Assembly (NCBI GenBank): GCA_951406725.2
Contig: OX597818.1
Coordinates: 92,070,001 to 92,134,000 of the forward strand
Source: Octopus vulgaris
Taxonomy: Eukaryota
DNA length: 64,000 nucleotides
Direction of reading: 5' to 3'
Shown here: positions 27,395 through 41,973 of the stretch, one piece after another
Layout of the letters: every line of letters starts with the position of its first letter
How positions within the stretch are numbered: position 1 is the first letter of the stretch
The notes under the pieces: model-generated
The model's input: the letters and a program-made list of their open reading frames with translations, nothing else
What the model was told of the DNA's origin: nothing
Database searches by the model: none
Program-made: the position numbers and the translations under genes

Positions 27395-27661
27395 AATGTG
27401 GCTAACCCTTAAGGGTGGATGCTACTGTAGCTTGTAGCCCCAGGAAGACACCTTCTCCAGCTGACTATTGATACACTTTCTGTGCCCTCCCCAGGAGGAC
27501 ACCTCCTCCAGCTGGCTATTGACACACTTTCTTTGCCCTATCAGTATTTACTAATACAAATACTGATAGGGCACAGAAAGTGTGTCAATAACCAGCTGGG
27601 GGAGGTGTCCTCCTGGAGCTACAAGCAACAGTAGCATCCACCCTTAAGGGTTAGCCACATT
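27395..27661. repeat. Fold-back palindromic element with a ~52-bp tandem duplication in the left arm
   Basis: aatgtggctaacccttaagggtggatgctactgt.gcttgtagc...ccctatcagtattt is mirrored by aaatactgataggg...gctacaagcaacagtagcatccacccttaagggttagccacatt. Confidence 0.9.
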
Positions 27662-28445
27662 TAAGTAGCAAATATACTTCACGTTGTTGTGCAGCTACTG
27701 TTTATATCTCGCTCAGAGATTTATTGTTGATCCTTTAATTTCGTTTACGGGAAATGTTTTGAATATGCATATAAAATCCCTTATTCTATTATGACAGCTA
27801 CAATCTAACGATGTCAACAGGTGATACTAGTATTTTATATAAATAACATCGAAGGATTATTATTGTTATTATTGTGTGTATGTGTATACATGCATGCAGA
27901 AATACATATATACATACATACGCCCGTAACATGAGCAATTTGTCATTTATCAAAATAGACTAAACTGTTCTTTTTTTCACAGTTCTTTTCCAAACGACGA
28001 TAAGAGCATTTTATAAACAATTTAATACCAATTAGGGGAAGGTAGTTTTCCACAATGCTCAATTTGTTTCCGACTATTTTCCCCTCAATTTTAATGTTAT
28101 AATGTTGATAGATATAATATATTTTATACGTAGCTTTTAATGTCACACTTTCTTCTCTAGATTGGTGTAATTATTGATAAAATGTCCTAAGTATTTGTAA
28201 TATTTCCAATAATTGGCAAGAATAGTAAACGGTGAAATGTCAAGGATATTATAGTTAGGTTTTTTTGACCCTTCTAATAGTGGTGGTTGTGTGTGTGTGT
28301 GTGTGGTCCGTGTTTCTGTGTGTCTATGTCTGTGTGTACGTGTATGTACGTGTGTGTGTGTGTGCGTGTATGTGTGTGTGTGCGCGCGCGTGTGTGTGAG
28401 CGTGTGTGAAGGATCTTGTTCCAGTGGTAAGGATGCTACATTGTG

Positions 28446-28836
28446 TTACTCTTTACTTGTTTCAGCTATTCGACTGCGACCATGCTGGAGCACCGCCTTT
28501 AGTCGAGCAAATCGACCCCAGGACTTATTCTTTGTAAGCCTGATACTTATTCTATCGATCTCTTTTGCCGAACCGCTAGATTACGGGGACGTAAACACAC
28601 CAGCACCGGTTATCAAGCGATGTTGGGGGAACAATCACAGACAAACAAACACACACATATATATGTATATACATATATACGACGGGCTTCTTTCAGTTTC
28701 CGTCTACCAAAACCACTCACAAGGCTTTGGTTGACCCGAGGCAATAGTAGAAGACACTTGCCCAAGGTGCCACGCAGTTGGACTGAACCCGGAATCATGT
28801 GGTTGGTAAGCAAGCTACTTACCACACAGCCACTCC
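28446..28836 (-). mobile_element. SINE-A
   Basis: Near-consensus copy. Confidence 0.9.
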
Positions 28837-29049
28837 TCTTGAACAAAATACTTTATTTCATATGCTTCTAGTCCACTCACGTGTTAATGTGCAATCCTGC
28901 GATGGACTGGCTTCCCGTTTAAGGAAAATATTTCGATCTCGGTCCTAAATACACCATGGAAGCTAGTAACCGACACTGTGAGTTCTTGGGCACGGAACAG
29001 TAATGGAAAAGGAGTTAGTTTTGATACGTAAATTGTGTATGAGTTGTGT

Positions 29050-29166
<117 letters not shown>

Positions 29167-30186
29167 CCAAACCATGAGATTCGCGAGACCAATTTCTTCA
29201 ATGCTGGTAGTAGCGATGTTCGGTGATATTGAACGGAGTAGCTATTTTAGCAGAAGTAGTTAATTGTAAAGCAGATATTCCGCCATAGCTAATTCCACGA
29301 TTTATTTCTCTCGGGAAACATACTTCCGCATTCAATATGTCCTAGAAAAAGTACAGTACACCGTTAGGTTGCCGTTTGGCATCCAAGATTTCCTAAGGAT
29401 CATAAATGAACGCTGTACTTGTTTTTAAACCTGAGTTGTTGTCGCTAGAAATTAACTCAATCAGCCTTCATTTAAATCTGATCTTTGACTATCATTACTG
29501 TTATGCCATAATCCATCCTAACATCGCTCCGAATTTCAACACAGACAGTACAAAAAATTCCGCTACCAGGGGAGCTATGTTACACGAATATATAAAACTG
29601 TACGATGACAATACTGTTGCTAATGACAGTTTCGTCAGACATCGATTTTTGTTGTTGTTTTATGTGTATATTGTTTAGTTTTATTAAAGAGATATTTCAA
29701 TTTTAGAAATTCAATCATTTTCTTTTCTTCTAGAATTTCCAGCTATTTTTCTTTTCTTCTTAATCTATTTTGTTTTACACGACTCTGATGCATTATCTTT
29801 CTTAAACAAAATGAATTTAAAAAATCCAAACAATATATCAAAAGGATAAAAAATATTTAAAACTATTAAATACAGCCTAGACGTCAGGTGACTGTCAAAT
29901 TTTGAAAAAAAAAACACAATGACGTCATATGATTAATCAAATTACTGATAGACATTTATCTTAACAAAAAGTTTTCCTTTTTGAGTGAAATATCCTTGCA
30001 AATAACAACGGTGGTTATACAAGTAATGAATGATTTATGAGATTAGTTATATGAGAGAAAAGGGTTTCGTCTCCTAGTTATTGAAGAAGTATAGTGTCTT
30101 CAATAATGAGCACTTTGAATAGACATACATATATGCATACATACATACATACATGCATGCATACATACATACATACATACATACAT

Positions 30187-30480
<294 letters not shown>

Positions 30481-30497
30481 TATATATATATATATAT

Positions 30498-30592
<95 letters not shown>

Positions 30593-30947
30593 TAGAAATA
30601 TCGAAGAAAATATGTACATAACTGCGTTTAAATATTGCGCTAAGGTGATCAACAACTTTAGATAGACGAAATTGAAGGTTGCCCGTTGGACTCGAACCTA
30701 CGTCTGTAAAACCGTTAGAGAAATTCGGCGGAATGCTTTGGTCCAACGGTAGAACGCCTGTAATATTTACAGGAGATATGGATTACAGCCACACCGACAG
30801 GCTTCAATGTTTTCTTTCCAAAGTGTTTTAACTCAATAAGTGTTTATTTATAGCGTATTTGTTTCGAAATCTAGTTTCAAGAAAAAAGAAATTCTATCTC
30901 CCGTTTTTTTAAACTTTATAAATTCTCCCGTACACAAACACACTCAC

Positions 30948-30997
<50 letters not shown>

Positions 30998-31048
30998 AAA
31001 AAGAAACATATATAAATATATATACATACAAGCATATATATATATAAA

Positions 31049-32286
31049 TTGGATTAGCAACTAAGTTTCCGCCGTTTTTAAATTTTGGAATTTATTGTTT
31101 TTAAATTTTGTAATCTATTCTTTTCGAGAATTCTATTTTTGAATCATTTTGGAATCTTTTTTTCTTCTAGTTAATTTTAGTTAATTTTTGTTTATTTTCA
31201 GATCTTCAAAATGGAATGTCAGGTTAAGAAAAACGAGCATTTTCGACACCTCCTTTTTGCTTTTAATCAAGGTTCTAAGGCCGCAAAAGCTACGCGCGAC
31301 ATTTGTGGTGTGTATGGAGATTGATATGCCAAGTTCAAAAATGGAAATTTTGACCTCAAAGACGCACGTCGTTCTGGCCGTCCAGTTGAGTTCGATGAAG
31401 AGCGATTAAACCAACTTTTGCACGAAAATTCTTGTCAAACGACAAGGGAACTAACAGAGAAAATGGAATGTTTGCACACTGCTATAGAGAAGCATGTTCA
31501 CTCGATAGGAAAGTTTCAGAGTATGGAGCATGGGTTCCGCATGCTTTAAGTGACGACAACAAAAATCAACGGGCCACAATCTTCGTTGGTTTGCTTGCTC
31601 ATCACCGCTCAACTCATGGACACAAGCAACGATTTGCTTACTGAATCGTTACTGGCGACGAAAAATGGTGCTTGTACATCAATATGAAGCAGTGTAAGGA
31701 ATGGCTTAGCCTCGGTAAACAAGCGACACCGCGCGTGAAACAAGGTCTTCATCTGCGTAAAACGATGTTGTGCGTGTGGTGGGACTGGGAAGGGATTAAC
31801 CATTACGAATTGCTTGAACGGAACCAAACGGTCAACGTAGAACTCTATGTTCAACAGATGGAACGACTCAACACAGCTACTCAAGAGAAAAGACCTAATT
31901 GGCAGCATGGAGTTCTGCTGCACGACAACGCCCGCCCTCATATCGCCAATATGACCATTCAAACGCATGGCTGGGAAGTTCTGTCACACCCGCCGTACTC
32001 TCCAGATTTGGCACCTACGGATTTCTACCTCTTTCGATCTCTTTCAAATACTATGCGAGGAGTTTCGTTCAATACTGATGCGGGATTGAGAGCTTGGTTG
32101 GATCAATTTTTCGAGTCGAAATCAGGTGGATTCTACCAACGAGGTATTGAAAATCTTGTTGAACGTTGAGAAGTTGTAAACAACAAGGGTGAATACATTA
32201 TTGATAAATTAGTTGTTATTTATTATTAAACCTTTTAAAAAAAAATTTAATTTAAAAAAACGGCGGGAACTTTGTTGCCAACTCAA
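31049..32286 (+). mobile_element. Full-length degenerate mariner; transposase pseudogene 31211-32212
   Basis: TIRs ttggattagcaactaagtttccgccgttttt / aaaaacggcgggaactttgttgccaactcaa-TA. Motifs MECQVKKNEHFRH, WVPHAL, VTGDEKW, CVWWDWEG, HDNARPH and YSPDLAPTDFYLF. Confidence 0.95.
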
Positions 32287-32299
32287 TATATACAAAGAT

Positions 32300-32397
<98 letters not shown>

Positions 32398-32624
32398 CTT
32401 AGTTTCGTTTAGATGATATATGTGTATATATATTTGTGTGTGTGTGCGAGCTGGATTTGAGCTTAGACTATAAAGAGGTGAAACAAATACCGCAAGTCAT
32501 TTTTAGGCCAATCCGCTACCCTAAATTCTAACATAGGCTTGAATCCGGCTATTGTAAACTGGGGAAGGTCAGTCGGTTAAGTCATCCCTATTTCGTGACT
32601 GGTACTATTTTATATCAATAATCT

Positions 32625-33010
32625 TTTCTAGTCAAGACACAAGACCCGAAATTTTGGAGGAGCGGGCCAGTTTAGATCGACCCCAGTACACAACTGGTAC
32701 TTAATTTATCGATCCCAAAAGGATGAATAGTAAAGTCAACCTCGACGGAATTTGAACTCAGAACATAAAGACATACGAAATACCTATTTCTTTACTACCC
32801 ACAAGAGGCTAAACACAGAGGGGACAAACAAGGACAGACAAAGGGATTAATTCGATTACATCGACCCCAGTGCGTAACTGGTACTTAATTTATCGACCCC
32901 GAAAGGATGAAAGGCAAAGTCGACCTCGGCGGAATTTGAACTCAGAACGTAAAGACAGACGAAATACCGCTAAGCATTTCGCCCTGCGTGCTATCATTTC
33001 TGCTAGCTTT
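32625..33010 (-). mobile_element. SINE-B tandem dimer with two different 3' tails
   Basis: Two gagttcaaattccg..gaggt.gacttt...gataaattaagtaccag units. On minus, the junction at ~32783 reads aaagaaatag|gtatttcgt. Confidence 0.85.
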
Positions 33011-34068
33011 ATTTTGTATCAATAATGAAAGGACGAAAGGCAAAAATCAGCCTCATCGGATTTTGAACACAGAATGTAAAGCACCAGATCAAATACCGCA
33101 AATATTTGTACAACGATTCAATGATTCGACCAATGAAATAGTTTCAACATCATCTTAGCCACCAACATCACCAGCATCACAGCTACTGCTAACCTCATAA
33201 TTGTGGCCACCATCATGATCATTATCACGATGTTCATTATCGTAATGATCACCATCATCGTCTTCATCAGAATCATCATCATCATCTCCGCCCCTTCGAA
33301 TTCCACACCACCATCATTTTCATCATTATCATCATGAACGCCATCCTTGTTCTCAGTCTTATCATGATCATGGTTGCCTTGAGCGTGATGTTCACCATCT
33401 TCATCAACAAAACCACCATTATCAATACTATCGTCTCCTCCTCTTCCTCAGCATCATCATCCTTCTCTTCCTCCTAATCCGCCGTCTTGTCTTCATCGAC
33501 AACATTTTTTTTTTCTTCTTACTCGTTACATTTCTTTTGTTTTGGTATTTCTACAGAAATGTGAGCAAAATTACAGCAAAATAACATTCCCACGTATTTT
33601 TGATAAGGATATTATTGTCACTAGTTTTAGATCTAATGCTATCTTACAGTAACTGCGCGTGATAACAACATATTATAACACCGACAACATATGCCTATTT
33701 GACTTGCCTGCTTGAGAACAGGCACACACTGAAACTAGCTCGCACACAAACTCATAAATACACACACATGCATACATATACAGTCATGCACACGCACACA
33801 CATACACATTCAGATACATTTACGTGTATATGCGTGTACTGTACTAAAACATTGAGTACGACAAAAGTTATTTTCTTTCGTTGAATCGCAACAAAATGTC
33901 TTTTGTTGGAATCACTATTTCAGTAAAATATGCTGCCACTCAGTACTTAGTTTACGTTATTCTAAATTGACTTACTACGTTCTTTTGAACATGTCATTTG
34001 TATATAATAATTTTAATGTCGGTAGCCTACAATTCATAGCGCCTACACTGAGAAAATGGAACAAAGTA

Positions 34069-34400
34069 CGAGGGGAAGTAAAAAATTTTAAGCACTTCAG
34101 TTTCTGCAATTTATTAAAACAAAAGCAGGTTTTGAATAATTACATCGCTTTTCGACAGTCTCCTTGCTTTTTATAATGGATTTCTTTCAGCAGCCAACAA
34201 AGCATGCTTATTCCATCGGAAAAGAAGCTTTTCGGCTGGCTGATCGTACAACCATTTATGCACCACTTCCTGCGCTTTTTCATCCGTAGTAAATCGACGA
34301 CATTGTAAAGGAGTTTGAGTTGTCCAAAGAGTTAATAGTTGGATGGGATGAGACTTGTGGAGTAACCATTTTGTTTCACTGTCGCAAAGAGACTAAAGCT
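34069..34400 (-). mobile_element. Mariner 3' end remnant
   Basis: TA-cgagggg terminus. Minus strand gives PSNY*LFGQLK..RRFTTDEKAQEVVHKWLYDQP..FFSDGI (mariner C-terminus). Confidence 0.7.
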
Positions 34401-34727
34401 TGAGGGTTTTGAATGAAGTATTTCTTATCCAATTAAACCCAAATGCTGCTTAATGCGTAAGTAATAAACACATAAACATATTCACTCACGTACACACGCA
34501 GATAAACATATATACATGCATACGCACATATATACACACACGTATATATATATATATATATATATGTATAAGGATATATGTATATATTGTAGACATGAGT
34601 GAGCGTTTGTCTTTATGAGCTACGTGCGTATACCTATACATATACATATATACGTACATATTACACACACATTCACATATATTGGTGTTAAGTTTGCATA
34701 CATATTTACATACATACTTACATACAT

Positions 34728-34805
<78 letters not shown>

Positions 34806-34937
34806 GTATATAAATATATATATATACACATACATATATATGTATGCATATACCAATATGTGCGTGTGAAATATATGTGCATATATGCATTTATATATAT
34901 GTTTGTACATATACTAGTGTATATGTAAATACATACA

Positions 34938-34987
<50 letters not shown>

Positions 34988-35021
34988 CACATGTACATAT
35001 TTGTGTATGTATATACATACG

Positions 35022-35062
<41 letters not shown>

Positions 35063-35649
35063 TGTATATGCGTACGTGCGTACGTCTATGCTTTTTTCTG
35101 TATTACATGTGTATGACTTTATGACGGAGTGACAGAGTGGAGAGAAACGAATGGAGAGAGAGAGAGTGAGAGAGAAGAGAGAGAGAGAGAGAGTGAGAGA
35201 AGAAAGAGAGAGGGAGACGCAGGCAGACAAACCGGCGTATCAAGATAAGAAGCAAATGAGAGAGAATGTATGCTACTGAGTAGAGAATATGCATCAGTGA
35301 AATATGATAAAATAAATGACAAATTATAACAAAAACTGGAAGGAAAACCTATCATATTACGCCTAAGATAATGTTACAGAAAGAAAATGTCAGTCTTATC
35401 GCTAGATGTGTTTTTTTTTTTTAAAAACTATCTTACCATATCAGTTGTTAATGACACAGTTCCACGGAAGCTAGAGTATTAATTGAATGTTCTTTTCTAA
35501 TATTCTAAGGCATTATATTAATCTAGGAATAATTCTGCCGAGGTCGACTCTGCCTCTCATCGTTTCTTGCTTGATAAAACAAGTAGCAGCAGATCCCTGG
35601 TGTCGATATAAACGACTAAACTCCTCCCACAAAAATTCAAAAATTGTGG

Positions 35650-35795
35650 CTGCTTACCAACCACATGGTTCCGGGTTCAGTTCCACTGCGTGGCATCTTG
35701 GGCAAGTGTCTTCTGCTATAGCCTCGGGCCGACCAAAGCCTTGTGAGTGGATTTGGTCGACGGAAACTGAAAGAAGCCCGTCGTATATATATGTA

Positions 35796-35849
<54 letters not shown>

Positions 35850-36072
35850 AGTGTGTGTATATATATTTGTGTGTCTGTGTTTGTACCCCCAGCATCGCTT
35901 GACAACCGATGCTGGTGTGTTTACGTCCCCGTAACCTAGCGGTTCGGCAAAAGAGACCGATAGAATAAGTACTAGGCTTACAAAGAATAAGCCCTGGAGT
36001 CGATTTGCTCGACTAAAGGCGGTGCTCCAGCATGGCCACAGTCAAATGACTGAAACAAGTAAAAGAATAAAA
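35650..36072 (+). mobile_element. SINE-A, slightly 5'-truncated and young
   Basis: High identity to the other near-consensus copies. Confidence 0.9.
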
Positions 36073-36535
36073 GATTATTATAAGCAAATCTTCAGTGCGG
36101 TATTGCAGCAAGAAATTGCAGAAATGTGTTACTTGGATCAAGAAACTACCAGTAAATGATGTATGTGTGTATGTAGGTGCGCTTGTGTGTGTGTGTGTGT
36201 GCGTGCGCGCGCAAGTACATACACGCAGGCACAGATATTTTTACGGAAGCACATTAGCCTAGAGAGTGTAAATTTAGTTCCGGTAAGATTAATATTTAAT
36301 GACTATGAACGAACATTTCAACCTGTAGTCGATCCTCTGTCTATACGACTAGATACGAATTACGCAGGTGAGGGAAATAAACGTAAGAATGCAAAATGAC
36401 AAGAATATTGACTATTTAAATCTTGGTAGTCAGTGGGCGGTGGAGCACCTTAATATTTCAATGACACTTCACTTCTCATCCGCTTTTGCACAATGTAGCA
36501 AGAAACTTTTTTTCCGTTTAACCATCCAATGTGTG

Positions 36536-36581
<46 letters not shown>

Positions 36582-36745
36582 GTAATTTAGAATAAACAAT
36601 TGTGATTATAGTAGCTCTTCACTCCGACATTCAAGATTACGAGTACTATGACAAATTTTTAGTGTTTTTTCTACATCATAGCGTATATAAACAATCCTCT
36701 ATTTATCTAATACCGAGGCCTTATTCTTTTGTTGTTAATTTTTAT

Positions 36746-38107
<1,362 letters not shown>

Positions 38108-38400
38108 CACGTGGCATAGTGTATAGGTATTCGGCTCACGATCATAATGTTGTGAGTTCAATTCCCGGCGATGGGTTGTGTCCTTGAGCAAGTCAATTTA
38201 TTTTACGTTGAGTAAAATGAGTAGTACCTGTATTTGAAACGGCTAGTCTTGTCACACTCTATCACGCTGAATCTCCCTAATAACTTCGTTGAGGATACGT
38301 GTGTCTGTGGAATGCTCAGCTACATACTGTGGAGTGCTCAGCAGGCTGTTCTTTTGATCGCATCAACTGGAACCATCGTATTCGTAACCGACAGGGTGCC
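38108..38400 (+). mobile_element. Diverged tRNA-derived CORE-like SINE
   Basis: A box gtggcatagtg, B box gagttcaattccc and gtccttgagcaag. The 3' block cttgtcacact..aatctccc..acgtgtgtctgtgg is shared with SINE-C at 11270-11340. Confidence 0.7.
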
Positions 38401-38838
38401 ATTATAAATATATACATATATTTTAAACCTGAGCCTACAGCTAATTCACGGAGTCTTAAGCAAACTAACACCGGTTGTCAAGTAGTAGTGGGGCAAGCAC
38501 AAACACAAAAACACACTCATACTGCTCCTCCGATATATATGTGTGTGTGTGTGTGTGTGTGCGCGTATGTGTGTGTGCGTATGTGTGTGTGTGTGTACCT
38601 ACATAATTTTGTGTGTATATATCTAAATACATAGGTGTGTATATGTGTGTAAAGCTATATCTTGTAGCTTTTACTTATTTCAGCCACAAGTCTGTGGCCA
38701 TGTTGGGGCACAGCCTTGAAGTAATTTTAGCCGAATGAATCGCTAGTATTTATTTTGGTGTTAAGTCTAGCAATTACACACATGCACACGCACACACACA
38801 AACTCGCACATACACATACACACAAACATAAACACACG

Positions 38839-38880
<42 letters not shown>

Positions 38881-39021
38881 TAAAAGGAATTCCAACCTTG
38901 TCTGATTTTCACGCATGCATTTATATAGAGATGCAGTGCAAGAGATACCTATACAGATAGATAAATAGATAGATAGATAGACAGACAGACAGGTAGGCAA
39001 GAGGCAGACAGACTGACAGAC

Positions 39022-39064
<43 letters not shown>

Positions 39065-39089
39065 CAGATAGACAGATAGACAGATAGAC

Positions 39090-39175
<86 letters not shown>

Positions 39176-39482
39176 ATATATAGATTTATATATATATATA
39201 TATACATATATTAATAATAATAATAAAGTGTACGCTGACTTGTTCATCGTCAAAATTAATTTTCTCTTATTTTACAATTTTATACACCATATTATAATGA
39301 CTTACACATGTTTTCACTTGGAAGAGCACTGGCAGTTGCAGATGCAACCTGTCACTATTATCGGTCTAACTTCTTCAGGGTCTATCCATCTGGACAGTCT
39401 CAAAGCGAGAAAAGATAGTTTCATATACTCTTGAGATTATTGGAGATACAATAAGTAAAGGTAACAATAGGAATAAAACTAG

Positions 39483-39947
39483 GAAAGGCCCGGAAAGACA
39501 TGTAACTGTAGAAAACCCGAATTATGTCCTTTAGATGGTTCCTGTCTAGTTACCAACGTTATATATAAGTGTGTAGTCAAGGACGAAGATAAGCTAAATA
39601 AATTTTATATAGGTAGCACGATAGACTTTAAGGCGAGATATAGATCACATATGAGCTCTTTTGCTAACGACAAATACTGTAACTCAACTACACTTGCATC
39701 TCATATACACAACTTGAAGAAAAATAATAAGAATTATCATCTAGAATGGTCCATTATTTCTAAAACCCCAAATTTCAAGAGAAATATCAACAAGTGTAAG
39801 CTATGTATAAGGGAATCACTTACCATCCTTAGGTGTTATAGAGCGCACATTCTGAATAAATTTACGGATGTGATTCCCTTTTGCATCCATAAATTTTCTT
39901 CTACATTCTTAAAAGTCTATAGAAATAAAATAAGTTGTATAAAATAA
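39483..39947 (+). pseudogene. Penelope-like (Naiad-type) GIY-YIG endonuclease domain of a 5'-truncated element
   Basis: Open frame KTCNCRKPELCPLDGSCLVTNVIYKCVVKDEDKLNKFYIGSTIDFKARYRSHMSSF...CKLCIRE...ILNK...CIHK, containing the CxCx5CPx4C linker, VIY-YIG, R, H, CxxC and E/N motifs. Confidence 0.92.
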
Positions 39948-40175
39948 ATAATTTAGCTTTTACAAGATTTGAAACCACGGAGGCTCAATTTAATTCAATT
40001 TAATTTAAATGAACTTAATTTAATTTAATACACCCATTTTTTTTAGTCTATAGGAATAAAATAAGTTGTAGAAAATGAATAATTTAGCTTTTACAGGATT
40101 TGAAACCACGGAGGCTCAATTTAATTCAATTTAATTTAATTGAACTTAATTTGATTTAATACGTCCATTTTTTTT
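39914..40175. repeat. 131-bp tandem duplication in the Penelope 3' region
   Basis: agtctatag.aataaaataagttgta...gatttgaaaccacggaggctcaatttaattc... starts at 39914 and again at 40045. Confidence 0.9.
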
Positions 40176-40245
40176 ACCGCCTTATTTCTCTACTGCTTTA
40201 AAAGAAAATTCTTTTACTGCTTTAATTCTTTCTTTTGGGCTTATC

Positions 40246-41874
40246 GTCCGAACCACACGTGTTTGCTGTGAGTTGCCGATTATTTATTGTTGAATTGTTG
40301 TTGAACGTTTTTGTTGTACGGTTTTTGGTTTTTGTCTGTCTGTATTGAGACAGACAAGGACAATCCCTCCCTAATGGGAGAGACGGCAAGAATGTTCGAA
40401 ACCATATCGGACTTGTCTACGTCTGAGGAGGAATTGGAGGAAGCGGTGAGGAGAATGGACCAGAAACTAGGTAATACCTATGCTGGAGTGGCTAAAAAAT
40501 CGGAGGAGAGAGGGTTGGACTTGGCCAAGCTGCCAAGTTACCTGAAGTATGTCAGGAAGGTCGGAGGTGAGGTGGAATTGGCACCGTCACGAAAGCGCAG
40601 AGAATGGTACGAGAAAAGAACCATTACATACATGGTCTACGTAAACGGAAAGAGAAAGATCGAAGTGGTGAATATGGAGTGGATAGAGGAGGCTCTGAGA
40701 AGAACAGAAGAGGAAATAATATTTCTGACAAGAGGTACAAGCTATGGTACTGTGGCAGTACAGTTCAGGAGTGAAAATATAGCAAGGAGGATGGCGGCGA
40801 AAGCAGTGAAATCTGAGAGGGTATTCCTTTTGCCCTCATACTTAAACAGGAAAATTACCAGAATAAGGGTTGAGGGAATACCCCCAAACGTCGAAGCTGA
40901 ATGGATTGTGACAGCTATAATTAGCGGTCATGAGGATGAAGTGGACATCCTCCATGCCACGGTAAAGACTGAGGGCTGGAGAGGCGCGACACTGGATCTA
41001 AATGTGCAGGCGGAGGATGATGTACTTGAGGACCTAGCAGAGAATATCAGATTGGGAGACGTAATCATGAGAGTGTGGGTGGAGGGCAGAGCTCCACGTT
41101 GTTACAAGTGTGGCCTGAGGGGCCACATAAGAGCTAACTGCCCTCCCCCAGAGAAAGATATGGATGCGGAACCACAAAGAGGGGCGGAAAAGAGCAGAAA
41201 ACAGAAGAGGAGATAACAGAAGAAGAAAAGAATTCAAAAGAATGGGAAGAAGCCAGGAGAAAGAGGAAAAGAAGAATAAGAGGAAAAGCAAACAGTATGA
41301 AATCCCAAACCACCCCAACACCACCCACACCCTCTGAGTCCCACCCTCTCCCTGCAGACAGTGAACCCACCCGCTCCCCTCCAACAAGAAAACAGAAAAG
41401 AAACGACACACACAACCATGATACAAAAAATGAACCCAGGCCAAACATTATATGTATGACGGGAAAAGAAAAAATTAAAAAGACAATGGAAGAATATCAA
41501 TGGTGTGACAGAGGACCGATCAGGTATGCAGTAATTGGAAAAGAACGAATGGACGAGTTTATGATAATGTGTGAAAGGGAGGATTGGGAAGTAAATGAAG
41601 TGAGAATGGTCGAAAAAATCATGAGGAATTTGGAAGGACGTTTGAAACAAGGGTGGAGATGGAAGGACTTTGTATAGGAACCGAACAAGGAGCATTTGTG
41701 TGGGATTAACGACTAAAGGACAGGTAAGTGATGCTAGCGGATGGGGCCGTTAGCATCACTTTCATATTATCATTTTCAAAATTAATCTTTCATTCGTTGT
41801 AATCGTGATGTTCTATGTCCCCAATGTTTGTAGTGTCCCCTTCTGTGTGGCCCCTAGTTAGTAATAAAGAAAAC
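40246..41874 (+). mobile_element. ORF1-only non-autonomous non-LTR retroposon (HAL1-like, Tx1/L1-related), 1629 bp
   Basis: 19-bp TSD tctttcttttgggcttatc (40227-40245 and 41875-41893), aataaagaaaa tail, a single gag-like ORF, and no EN/RT. Confidence 0.85.
40374..41677 (+). CDS. ORF1p-like nucleic-acid-binding protein (~434 aa after correcting one frameshift at ~41188-41191), CCHC zinc knuckle
   Basis: ATG at 40374; RRM-like segment RIRVEGIPPNV; CYKCGLRGHIRANC. The other frame continues EQKTEEEITEEEKNSKEWEEARRKRKR... to TAG at 41677. Confidence 0.75.
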
Positions 41875-41973
41875 TCTTTCTTTTGGGCTTATCCGAGCAT
41901 GAATGCTTCAATAGGAAAGCACACAACATTGTGCTAGCCTGGTACGCGATGATGTCTGTCTTTGTGTATTCTT

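Noticed and set aside
29170-29700. Unique-looking segment with a 90-aa ORF
   Set aside because: No recognisable motif, and stops in the alternative frames; unsupported.
30678-30805. tRNA-like pieces (GGTTCGAGTCC on minus; tggtccaacggtagaacg on plus)
   Set aside because: No complete cloverleaf on either strand; at most degenerate SINE heads.
33118-33500. Met/Asp-rich ORF on minus
   Set aside because: Degenerate (CAT)n low-complexity tract.
40374-41677. LTR-retrotransposon gag or host CCHC gene interpretation
   Set aside because: No LTRs, PBS or introns; a 19-bp TSD and an A-rich tail indicate target-primed retroposition. A host retrocopy is less likely given the LINE-like tail, but is not formally excluded.
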